From the sequence record OP310984.1: a stretch of DNA of 64,000 bases. The stretch is one strand, 5' to 3'. Position 1 is the first letter of the stretch. Every line of letters begins with the position of its first letter. Shown in pieces: positions 1 through 9,402 of the stretch. The notes below the pieces were generated by a model, which did not search any database, was not told the DNA's origin, and saw only the letters and a list, made by a program, of their open reading frames with translations. Both the position numbers and the translations under genes were made by a program.

Positions 1-254
1 TGATACTTTAAACCATAGTCTAATTTATAATGGGAATTAACCTCTGGTTGAAGAAAAGCCTTTTCTTTTTTACCAGTGATGAGATACATCCGAAGACCTT
101 TGAATGAAAAGAAATTCTCATTATCAAGTGTGGTCTTCTTCTCTTTTCCATTAAACTGAAATAGATCAGGGAGCGGTGTATTACCGCTCTGATCTACAAT
201 GATGCTATCTACAGGATAATTATTTTGTACCCATGGGGTTTCTGGATTATTCAT
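1..254 (-). CDS. Hypothetical protein, 5' part (runs off window start)
   Basis: Manual translation MNNPETPWVQNNYPVDSIIVDQSGNTPLPDLFQFNGKEKK... is open to base 1; ATG overlaps the stop of the 253-aa ORF (ATGAATAA). Confidence 0.75.
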   Translation of the reverse strand, partial: MNNPETPWVQNNYPVDSIIVDQSGNTPLPDLFQFNGKEKKTTLDNENFFSFKGLRMYLITGKKEKAFLQPEVNSHYKLDYGLKY

Positions 255-1008
255 TTGAATTAGGCTCCACCCAATGAGGATCAGGTACAGGAACAATATG
301 CACACTGTCCTCTAGTTTATCTCGAAGATTAGGATCATCAGTCCATTGTAGAGAAAGAGTGTATCTCTCCTCTTTAGGCCGTAGTAGTAGGAATCCACGT
401 CTTAATGTATTCCAAGACATATTGGGCGATAGTAAACCACGCCTTTGTGTATTAGCCAATGAGGTAAGTTTCTTTTTATCCAATCCTACAAGGTTGACTG
501 GATTATTTAAAAACTCTTCCCATAGCTTATCCCACTTCTCCTGGTTAATTCCTTCTTTCCAGAGAATATGCCTATACAGATGGGCCATTGTAGTTGTAGC
601 TGGTTTTTGATTCTTAAAAATTTCACATTCTTCATAGGGGAAATCATTTGCAGAGCAAGTTACCTCATCTTCAGTTGGATCGATATTGATCGTATAAACT
701 GAATCAGGTTTTGATGTACCCCAAATCAGACGTACCTCTAATGTTGCTTTAACAGGTGATAAGAAATCAATAGCTTTCTTAAAGCCATCCCAACTCATTG
801 TATCAGCTTTAAGTGCTTTATTAAGATTACCTTTATCTGGGTTATTCTTGTTATGTGGTTTTTGAAAGTATGCATTCAAACGTTTATCCCAAGCAAACTG
901 TGTCATATTACGCCACAGTAGTACTTCCCGGAAAACATAACACAAAACCCCTTCTGCCTGCCTTAATCCTTTTTGAGGATCGCTTAATAAGTCTTTTACA
1001 GATTCCAT
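247..1008 (-). CDS. Conserved jumbo-phage hypothetical protein with an internal domain duplication
   Basis: 253-aa ORF with two similar halves (YVFREVLLW..W / HLYRHILW..W; TMSW..F / NMSW..L). Confidence 0.8.
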   Translation of the reverse strand: MESVKDLLSDPQKGLRQAEGVLCYVFREVLLWRNMTQFAWDKRLNAYFQKPHNKNNPDKGNLNKALKADTMSWDGFKKAIDFLSPVKATLEVRLIWGTSKPDSVYTINIDPTEDEVTCSANDFPYEECEIFKNQKPATTTMAHLYRHILWKEGINQEKWDKLWEEFLNNPVNLVGLDKKKLTSLANTQRRGLLSPNMSWNTLRRGFLLLRPKEERYTLSLQWTDDPNLRDKLEDSVHIVPVPDPHWVEPNSNE

Positions 1009-1078
1009 CTTTTTTACACCTACGGTGAATTGATAATAAACACACTTTATATTAATTTATACTTGTATAGTCTGCACC

Positions 1079-1603
1079 TCATAGTAACTTAATAATTGCT
1101 CTTGATAGTTCAATAATATCATAGTACATTCTATCCATCTGGCGCTGATATGCTTGATGGTTAATCTGTTCAAGATATTCAGTTTGTTGCCAAATTAAGT
1201 CACGCATAGTTTCAATAGATTTACATACATCAATAAAACTATCATTACTGTTTATAAAATATTCATCAAGGTCAATTGATTTCCTGTCGATAAACTCAGT
1301 ACGACACATTTCACTAATCTTTAGATCATCTTCATTTGCAATATGATCATTTAACCTAGTTAGAGCATCTAATAAATAACCAATACTGTAATGTCTTAGA
1401 TAGACAGGAACACCTATCATCTTCCTGATGGTCAGAGTTTTTAATTCATCCAGATTAATTAATTGCCAGAAATTATTAATAGCTTTTAATCGTTCTTCAC
1501 CTGAAATAATATCTTTATCTATCCGTTCTAATTCAGTTAGAAGTTGTTCTTTACCAACTTCCTTTTGGAAGCCCCGGAAATATTGAATAAGTTTCTTAAA
1601 CAT
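1079..1603 (-). CDS. Hypothetical protein
   Basis: 174-aa ORF with a typical start context. Confidence 0.75.
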   Translation of the reverse strand: MFKKLIQYFRGFQKEVGKEQLLTELERIDKDIISGEERLKAINNFWQLINLDELKTLTIRKMIGVPVYLRHYSIGYLLDALTRLNDHIANEDDLKISEMCRTEFIDRKSIDLDEYFINSNDSFIDVCKSIETMRDLIWQQTEYLEQINHQAYQRQMDRMYYDIIELSRAIIKLL

Positions 1604-1682
1604 GATATAGGACCTATTTTTCAGATACTTAGCATATGGTAAGTATGTTAGGTATTACTATTACTAATTAGAGGATAATAAA

Positions 1683-2198
1683 ATGTTCCATGGTGCAGAT
1701 TTATCTGATGAGCCTTTAGAAAAGAAATCATCAACTACAGAAGAAAAGGTATATGCTGATCTAGAATATGAGCAGCAGATACGGTATACACAATCAGTTA
1801 AAGAGAAAGTACTAAAAGCTGTATTAGAAAATACAACTGGTAAAGTACCTACTGATAAAGAATCAGTTGATATGATTCTTAAATTAACAGATTCAATGGA
1901 TAAGACAACAATTGCTAACCGTCGTATTCAAGTTGATTCTGAGGGTGCACGCTCTAACCGTGAACTTGCTGAAGGCTTTGCTGAATTCGTTAAGATGCAA
2001 ATGAACCGTAATCCATTAATACGTGATCCGAATGATGTCCCTGCAACACCACGTGAGATTCCAGATATTCCTGATGAGGAATTTGAGAATTACACTATTG
2101 AAGAAGGTGAAACTGAAATCGGTATCATCATGGAGGAATCCAATGCATTTATGGAGCGGATGGATGCTGCACGAGAAAAAGAATTAGAAAACGATTGA
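1683..2198 (+). CDS. Acidic hypothetical protein
   Basis: 171-aa ORF, GAGGA RBS, followed by a hairpin terminator. Confidence 0.8.
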   Translation: MFHGADLSDEPLEKKSSTTEEKVYADLEYEQQIRYTQSVKEKVLKAVLENTTGKVPTDKESVDMILKLTDSMDKTTIANRRIQVDSEGARSNRELAEGFAEFVKMQMNRNPLIRDPNDVPATPREIPDIPDEEFENYTIEEGETEIGIIMEESNAFMERMDAAREKELEND

Positions 2199-2213
2199 TA
2201 TTAACGACATATA

Positions 2214-2234
2214 GCCCTCCCGTAATGGGAGGGC
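2214..2234. terminator. Bidirectional hairpin terminator
   Basis: GCCCTCCC-GTAAT-GGGAGGGC between convergent genes; core identical to 42944-42964. Confidence 0.8.
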
Positions 2235-2243
2235 GTTATGCAC

Positions 2244-2942
2244 TTAATACAAATCGATATCTAATACATCACCAACTGTATTTACGATTACTTCAACAGG
2301 TGGTAGCTCAATATTACCAATTGATTTCTTAATAACATTCATTTGGTTAATAACTTGATTATGATCAGATGTTACTTTAAGAGCTAATAGTCCAATAGCA
2401 GTTAAACTTACGATTGCAGTTGAGTTATCTGAAATAGTTTCATATGCAGCTTTACCTACTTTCTTAATAGTTTTAAATAGAGTAGGTTTATTTTGACGAA
2501 TTAGTTTTCGTTCTTTTGCTTTAGCTAGCTCATCATCAAATTCTTTATTAAAGCTACGGCGTTTACTCCAATCATAAACACCTGGTGAAACTTCTTCAAA
2601 ATTGGAAGAGATTGCACCAAAATCACTAGCATGGCTAAACATCCATTTAAAGATAAAGTGATTAGAAAGAACCCACGCCTGTAGATTAGTTTCTGCATCG
2701 TTGATTAGTTTAATAGCATCGCTTCCAGTAGCCACTTGGCCATTAGCTTTAACAAATAAAATCAGTCTTACAGTAGTACCATTGATTACTGTGTTATTCA
2801 CATTTGCAATCCTGGTATAAATTTCTTTAATAATTCGCTTTTGTTTATCTAAATCAGCACCATTTAAACGAATATTAAATTGACGGTCTAATACGGCCAT
2901 TGCAGTTTCCTCTAGGGTTATTGTACCTAAAGTATACTGCAT
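2244..2942 (-). CDS. Hypothetical protein with a C-proximal transmembrane segment (early island)
   Basis: 232 aa; hydrophobic AIVSLTAIGLLALKV. Confidence 0.7.
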   Translation of the reverse strand: MQYTLGTITLEETAMAVLDRQFNIRLNGADLDKQKRIIKEIYTRIANVNNTVINGTTVRLILFVKANGQVATGSDAIKLINDAETNLQAWVLSNHFIFKWMFSHASDFGAISSNFEEVSPGVYDWSKRRSFNKEFDDELAKAKERKLIRQNKPTLFKTIKKVGKAAYETISDNSTAIVSLTAIGLLALKVTSDHNQVINQMNVIKKSIGNIELPPVEVIVNTVGDVLDIDLY

Positions 2943-2949
2943 GACCGTA

Positions 2950-3378
2950 TTATTTTAATTTTTTACATGCTTTATAAAACCGTGTACCAACGTACAAAAT
3001 AAACCCGCCAATAACAGCAACTGATGTGATTGTTTCCAGCGGCATGCGCTTAGCGGGTTCTTCAATTGGTACTGTAACAGCTGGTAATTCAATTCTTTTC
3101 TCAATAACTTTTTTACCAGTTAACTTATAATAAACATCTGGTTCTAATGTTATCGATTCAAGAATCTGATTACTACATGGATAGCGTGTGACGCCTCCAT
3201 GTCCATCTGCAACATAGAAGCTGAATGTATCGCCTACACGATGTAAGTCAACCACACTACCCATATATGTCATATGAGCTGGATAGAGTTCTGCCTTGAC
3301 CTTTCCATCGTTGAATAAGTCAATGACGGAACTCTTCTTTAGCTCACCCATTAAGTTTGCTAAAGTGAATGCCGCCAT
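2950..3378 (-). CDS. Hypothetical protein with a C-terminal membrane anchor (early island)
   Basis: 142 aa; ITSVAVIGGFILYVG followed by a basic tail. Confidence 0.7.
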   Translation of the reverse strand: MAAFTLANLMGELKKSSVIDLFNDGKVKAELYPAHMTYMGSVVDLHRVGDTFSFYVADGHGGVTRYPCSNQILESITLEPDVYYKLTGKKVIEKRIELPAVTVPIEEPAKRMPLETITSVAVIGGFILYVGTRFYKACKKLK

Positions 3379-3396
3379 TAGCGATAACCCTATTAT

Positions 3397-3603
3397 TTAA
3401 TCGACTTGTTGAGCACTATCATCAATATCGATTTTATCTAGCTCATCAGTTAGAATATCTACTTCACTGTCTAGTACCGTATCATCATCAGCTACGGTGT
3501 CATCAATAACGGTTGATTTAGAAACGGCCTTATATAGATTAATAGCGGCAACAGCGAGGGCACCAGTTGAGATAATTGCAGCTGCGATCTTTAGTACTTT
3601 CAT
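3397..3603 (-). CDS. Small N-anchored membrane protein with an acidic tail (early island)
   Basis: 68 aa; hydrophobic N-terminus, Asp-rich C-terminus; first gene after an early promoter. Confidence 0.7.
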   Translation of the reverse strand: MKVLKIAAAIISTGALAVAAINLYKAVSKSTVIDDTVADDDTVLDSEVDILTDELDKIDIDDSAQQVD

Positions 3604-3657
3604 TTTCTATTTTTCCTAATCATTAAGTTTTAATAAGTATCCAATATAGATACATGT

Positions 3658-3693
3658 CTGTAATATAGATCTTAAACTTTTTTTAGTGTAATA
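3658..3693 (-). promoter_or_regulatory. phiKZ-type early (virion RNAP) promoter
   Basis: Minus strand reads TATTACACTAAAAAAAGTTTAAGATCTATATTACAG and contains the phiKZ early consensus TATATTAC; 35/36 identical to 55364-55399. Confidence 0.85.
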
Positions 3694-3713
3694 AAAAAAT
3701 TAATGCGATATAA

Positions 3714-3735
3714 ACCCCCTCCCGAAGGAGAGGGT
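3714..3735 (-). terminator. Hairpin terminator with a cUUCGg loop
   Basis: Minus strand ACCCTCTCC-TTCG-GGAGGGGGT, downstream of 3746..4141. Confidence 0.8.
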
Positions 3736-3745
3736 AATATGTATA

Positions 3746-4141
3746 TCAGTATTCCATCGAAGTTAATACTCGATAATGATCTAATAGTAAATCAATAACA
3801 GAGTAAAAAGAATCACAGTTGAATTGCGTATCTATATTTGCAGATACTCCAGTAATACGATTGATAATATGGAGACACTTAATATCTCCACCACGTTGTC
3901 TGATAAAAACAACTGCCCACACTGGCCACGTACTATCTGGTGTGGTGTCTTGAATAACTAATCTGTAATACCCATCATTTACTGTTTCAATGGATGCTTG
4001 GATTGGATCATCTGTATAAGCCGATTCTACTTGAACATATTGATCATTATAATAAAACATTTCCTTAATAAGTTTAGCACAGGCATGTAATGTCTCCATT
4101 ACCTTAGCTGAACTATTTGGATTATATTGTTGATTAAACAT
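3746..4141 (-). CDS. Hypothetical protein (early)
   Basis: 131 aa, GAGG RBS, own early promoter and terminator. Confidence 0.75.
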   Translation of the reverse strand: MFNQQYNPNSSAKVMETLHACAKLIKEMFYYNDQYVQVESAYTDDPIQASIETVNDGYYRLVIQDTTPDSTWPVWAVVFIRQRGGDIKCLHIINRITGVSANIDTQFNCDSFYSVIDLLLDHYRVLTSMEY

Positions 4142-4175
4142 GTCATTAACCTCTTAAGATATTGTATGCATAGTA

Positions 4176-4207
4176 GTAATATATATCTTAATTATTTTTT
4201 AGTGTAG
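4176..4207 (-). promoter_or_regulatory. phiKZ-type early promoter
   Basis: Minus strand CTACACTAAAAAATAATTAAGATATATATTAC with the TATATTAC core. Confidence 0.8.
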
Positions 4208-4232
4208 TTGTGAAAACTTAGAGGAATATACG

Positions 4233-4409
4233 ATGCCTAGTAAAAGTAAAAAACAACATAACTTCATGGCTGCTGTAGCCAATGATAAGAAGTTTGCTAA
4301 GAAAGTTGGTGTACCACAATCAGTTGGTAAAGACTTTGTTGAGGCTGATAAAAATAAAAAGAGTTTTGAAAGTGTTTCACTTAATAGCACTTATAAAGAT
4401 AGTTACTAA
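4233..4409 (+). CDS. 58-aa small basic phage protein (absent from the ORF track)
   Basis: GAGGA RBS; MPSKSKKQHNFMAAVANDKKFAKKVGVPQSVGKDFVEADKNKKSFESVSLNSTYKDSY; ends just before a terminator. Confidence 0.8.
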   Translation: MPSKSKKQHNFMAAVANDKKFAKKVGVPQSVGKDFVEADKNKKSFESVSLNSTYKDSY

Positions 4410-4415
4410 TATAAT

Positions 4416-4436
4416 GCCCTCCCATTGCGGGAGGGC
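4416..4436. terminator. Bidirectional hairpin terminator
   Basis: GCCCTCCC-ATTGC-GGGAGGGC then TTATG, between convergent genes. Confidence 0.8.
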
Positions 4437-4451
4437 TTATGTTGCTTATAA

Positions 4452-6944
4452 TTATTTTAATACTAGATTTTTATTAAATACTTCTGGAGTACTAATATTA
4501 GCTGGATCAAGTACAATAAATTCAGCTTGGTTAAATGCACCGTGTGTTGATTCAAAGTGGCTGATGAAGAACACTTGATTAACAATGCCATTTTCAATTA
4601 ACCTGTTAATGAATGGAATAGCATTGGCTCGATGTTGTTCATCAAAAGTCCTGCTAAATTCATCTAAGAAAAGGGGCATGTCATCTAGATGTAAAAATTT
4701 CAAGATAGCCATTCTAAAAGCAAAATCAACAATCTCTAATTGTGAGTCAGACCCGTATTCAATGTCCGGTGGCTGAACGTCACCACCTGCAATATGCATT
4801 GGGAACTTATAATCCATGCCATCTTTGTCAACATTAGAAGGTAATACTTCTAACCTATAAGTCCAAATCTCATTGATGTATGCATTTACTAGTTTAACTA
4901 CTCCTTGTAAGAAACCTAATAAATAGCGACCAAGAATACCACTTTTTGGTGATAATGCTTTTTCAAGAATAGCTAAATCAGTAGCCATTTGTTGTGCATG
5001 GTTAACTTCTAATTCTAAAACTTTAATACGTTCTTCATGACGTTCCATTTCACTTAAACGACTATGCACACTAGATAGTTCTAAGTTAACAGCATCAATC
5101 TCTGCTTGGTATGCCTTATCTACAAAGTTATCAGCTGTATCCACTATCTTTTTAATAAACTGCTCCCATCGTTCAATAAAAGAATGATACTTATCTTCCC
5201 ATTCACGAATAGCATTACCAGCTTTATTGAAATGAGATGCTTTTCTTTGTAAGTCAGCTGCTACATGTGTTTTATTATTAATTTCAGTTTCTAGTGCAGT
5301 TGTACGTGCCTTAATGAACCCTAATGCATCTTGATCCATCTCAGCAATAACACGTAGTCGTTGAGCTAATAAAGTAGCTTCCGCATGAGCTTGCTTAGAG
5401 ACAATGAGTTGCTGCATTGCATCTCGCCAGTCTAATGCATCATTTATATATTTTGCTGGTGTGCGATACATTACGACATGCTCAGCTACATAGTTCCATA
5501 ACGTATCAAATTCATTATACTCTTTCGTTAATTGAACGTAGCCATGTACATAACTTACATATTCATTGAAGTCAGTCATGTACTGTTCAAGAACCTTGAT
5601 CTCATTTGAACAATTATCCATTGCTTCATCTAACTTAGCTTTGCGCTCTTCTGCTACTGTGATATCTTGTTCACTAACACCAGGTTTAAATGAATGAGTA
5701 CATGATGGACAAGTAATAGATGCACATTCCTTAAATGAATTTAGGCGTTGATTAATTTGTAAATACATGCCTTCCATGGTTGAATATTTACCTTTTAATT
5801 CTTTTAGCCTTTCTGCATTTTTAATAGCAGTTTCTTTACTTAAGTAACCATTCTCATTATTAGGGAATGTAGTGAGAAGTTTGATCCAACGATCTGAGAG
5901 ATCAGTAAGTTTACCAGATGGATCACCGTTAACAGAAATGTCAACCAAAGGAAATCTACCGGTATACTTTTTATATTTACTAATAGCTTCTTCAGCAATG
6001 CGTGTATGATGTTCATGTCTGTCCTTAAGTTCTTGTATTTCTTCTGGAGACATACGTTCAGCTGTATTCGGATTAGAGCTTTTTAATTCTTCTAATTCTT
6101 CAACTAAACGTGCAATAACTGCTTGTATAGATTTATATTCTTCAATCTTCTTATTATTTAGTTCTAAGAATGACTCATACCCATCTACTTTAACTTGAAC
6201 AGGCAACATCGGAAATGACATTAACAATGAACGAGCTTCATCTAAAATAGAATCTAATTCTTTACGTGCAGTGGCTTCATCTTTAAAATGAAGGACACCT
6301 TTCTTATCACGTGTTTTATAAAGTAAATCAATACGGCTAACTAACCGTTGTTTCACTTCTTTCAACTGTGTCATTTCTGAATCATTTAATACCCCATGGT
6401 GTTCTGTGACCAATCGCTTATTAATTGTTTTAACAGTACCTTGCTGGTTAGATAATTCTTTACGTACTTTGTTATAAACATTAAATGCATAATCAAGGTT
6501 AACTACAGACATCCTAGTTAACCATGCTTTACGTTCATTAGGTTTTAACTTTGTAAAACGCATCTTACCTGTCAACATTTCATGCAGTTCTCGGTTTAAC
6601 CCGAAATGCGCCATTACAAGTTCTTCTTGTTCTTTAAAGGTATGACCACTATTTAATTCTTCATCATTACATAAAAAGGAATGATGTCCAGTGCCACGGT
6701 TATATTTAGAAATTAATTTATAGTCTTTACCATTTGCATGACAATGGAAATGTTTCTCGCCACCTTGCTTGAAGTTTGAACTGCTAGATACAACAGGTGT
6801 CAGTTCACTAATAATAGATGATTTGCCAGAACCATTACTACCAAGTATAACCATCATCTGTTTGCTTGGAGTCCATTCAAAATAATGTGTATTATTGGCC
6901 ATCAACCTAGTATAGCCAATTAGCTTAAGTAGCTTGATCTGCAT
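4452..6944 (-). CDS. sbcC: SbcC/Rad50-like SMC ATPase (phiKZ gp165 equivalent)
   Basis: Walker A GSNGSGKS, long coiled coils, CPSC zinc hook, Walker B LFLDE, FISH H-loop. Confidence 0.9.
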   Translation of the reverse strand: MQIKLLKLIGYTRLMANNTHYFEWTPSKQMMVILGSNGSGKSSIISELTPVVSSSSNFKQGGEKHFHCHANGKDYKLISKYNRGTGHHSFLCNDEELNSGHTFKEQEELVMAHFGLNRELHEMLTGKMRFTKLKPNERKAWLTRMSVVNLDYAFNVYNKVRKELSNQQGTVKTINKRLVTEHHGVLNDSEMTQLKEVKQRLVSRIDLLYKTRDKKGVLHFKDEATARKELDSILDEARSLLMSFPMLPVQVKVDGYESFLELNNKKIEEYKSIQAVIARLVEELEELKSSNPNTAERMSPEEIQELKDRHEHHTRIAEEAISKYKKYTGRFPLVDISVNGDPSGKLTDLSDRWIKLLTTFPNNENGYLSKETAIKNAERLKELKGKYSTMEGMYLQINQRLNSFKECASITCPSCTHSFKPGVSEQDITVAEERKAKLDEAMDNCSNEIKVLEQYMTDFNEYVSYVHGYVQLTKEYNEFDTLWNYVAEHVVMYRTPAKYINDALDWRDAMQQLIVSKQAHAEATLLAQRLRVIAEMDQDALGFIKARTTALETEINNKTHVAADLQRKASHFNKAGNAIREWEDKYHSFIERWEQFIKKIVDTADNFVDKAYQAEIDAVNLELSSVHSRLSEMERHEERIKVLELEVNHAQQMATDLAILEKALSPKSGILGRYLLGFLQGVVKLVNAYINEIWTYRLEVLPSNVDKDGMDYKFPMHIAGGDVQPPDIEYGSDSQLEIVDFAFRMAILKFLHLDDMPLFLDEFSRTFDEQHRANAIPFINRLIENGIVNQVFFISHFESTHGAFNQAEFIVLDPANISTPEVFNKNLVLK

Positions 6945-6993
6945 GATTAACCCTTAATAATGTCTTACTCTATAGAGTTAATAACCCTAGTAA

Positions 6994-8166
<1,173 letters not shown>

Positions 8167-8170
8167 AGAA

Positions 8171-8202
8171 CATAATGCCCTCCCACTATGGGAGGGCTTA
8201 TG
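8171..8202. terminator. Bidirectional hairpin terminator
   Basis: CATAAT-GCCCTCCC-ACTAT-GGGAGGGC-TTATG between convergent genes. Confidence 0.8.
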
Positions 8203-8205
8203 CTG

Positions 8206-9393
8206 TTAAATACCTTCATTCTCATAATGAGTAATGCAGTGACTAACAAATGTTAACCAGACTTTAAGAGTTACTGCTAACCAATGGGTGTAGTTACCAA
8301 CAGGTTCTGCTAATTTTCGGGATATCTCAGCGAGCATATTAATTGCCTCGCCATTTGCCCTTCCCAATAACTCACTACGTTCAGCTAGCTGTCGAATTGA
8401 ATCATCTACAACTACCTTAACTGTTTTATATTCTACTTCGCCTTGTTTAGCACGTTCAGCGATCGTTAAAATATTAGCAATACCAGTTACAATATCACTT
8501 AGCGTAGTTACAGAAGGTACTTCTATATCTCGTTCAGTGCTATCAATTGCATTGATTTGTAACTCTGTAAATTCCATTGTAAATGTATTGCGAACCATTT
8601 CTAGTGCAGATTGTTTATTAGTAACTGATGTGGCTATATGGTCAGCATCAGTATAAACAAATGCACGATTAGCTGGTAAAATATAACTTCTATGGGTACC
8701 AGTAGAAGTAGTCTCACCTTTCTTTAATGGCTCATCCCCTGGCGGCGCTTTAAAATCACGACGCACTATATCGGCAAAAGATTGTAATAACTCATCAATG
8801 ATTTCTGTAGTGGTATCTTCGCCTTGATTATCTAAGATATTCAATGCTTGTCTACTAATATTTCGAGCAATATTAGAAGTCATTTTAGGATAAGTCATTA
8901 AAATATAATTAGTGACTTCTTTGATATCTAAAAGATTATCTGGTCGATCACCAATGAATTCACCGTTAATAGATAATCGCTGTAAACCAGAAACAGTCAA
9001 TCGAGTATTAGTCGTACGATTACCTAGTTTTGCAAGTCGCCTAGATAATTTTTGCTGTGTTTTACGCACATGTGAAATACTGCCAGTAAACTTGACGTAG
9101 AATGCCGTGAGTGTTTCGATTACCATCCGCACAATATCTCGTGCAGCCTTAGCAGCTCGAACTAATGCATCTTTTAAAGCACGTAGTGTAATTATACCGC
9201 CTTCTTTTATGGAGAAGGCGGGATCGATACTTTCTAAAGCAAATGACATCGCTTTAGACAGGTCTTCAGATGCTACGTCACGTCCATCTAGCAGATCTTG
9301 ATAACGAGCTAATCGATGGCGATATGCTTCAACAGAAACAATAGCCTCTTTGAGTTCATTATTGGTAATTAATAGTTCTGCATATGTGGACAT
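8206..9393 (-). CDS. gp163: Internal head protein (phiKZ_IP family)
   Basis: 395 aa; ALES processing-like motif; paralog of the adjacent gene; position matches gp163. Confidence 0.75.
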   Translation of the reverse strand: MSTYAELLITNNELKEAIVSVEAYRHRLARYQDLLDGRDVASEDLSKAMSFALESIDPAFSIKEGGIITLRALKDALVRAAKAARDIVRMVIETLTAFYVKFTGSISHVRKTQQKLSRRLAKLGNRTTNTRLTVSGLQRLSINGEFIGDRPDNLLDIKEVTNYILMTYPKMTSNIARNISRQALNILDNQGEDTTTEIIDELLQSFADIVRRDFKAPPGDEPLKKGETTSTGTHRSYILPANRAFVYTDADHIATSVTNKQSALEMVRNTFTMEFTELQINAIDSTERDIEVPSVTTLSDIVTGIANILTIAERAKQGEVEYKTVKVVVDDSIRQLAERSELLGRANGEAINMLAEISRKLAEPVGNYTHWLAVTLKVWLTFVSHCITHYENEGI

Positions 9394-9402
9394 TATGTTT
9401 AC

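Noticed and set aside
4282-4578. 98-aa plus ORF and 63-aa minus ORF (4199..4390)
   Set aside because: Both overlap the better-supported 58-aa gene (RBS, terminator, recognisable motif); the 98-aa ORF also crosses a terminator into sbcC.
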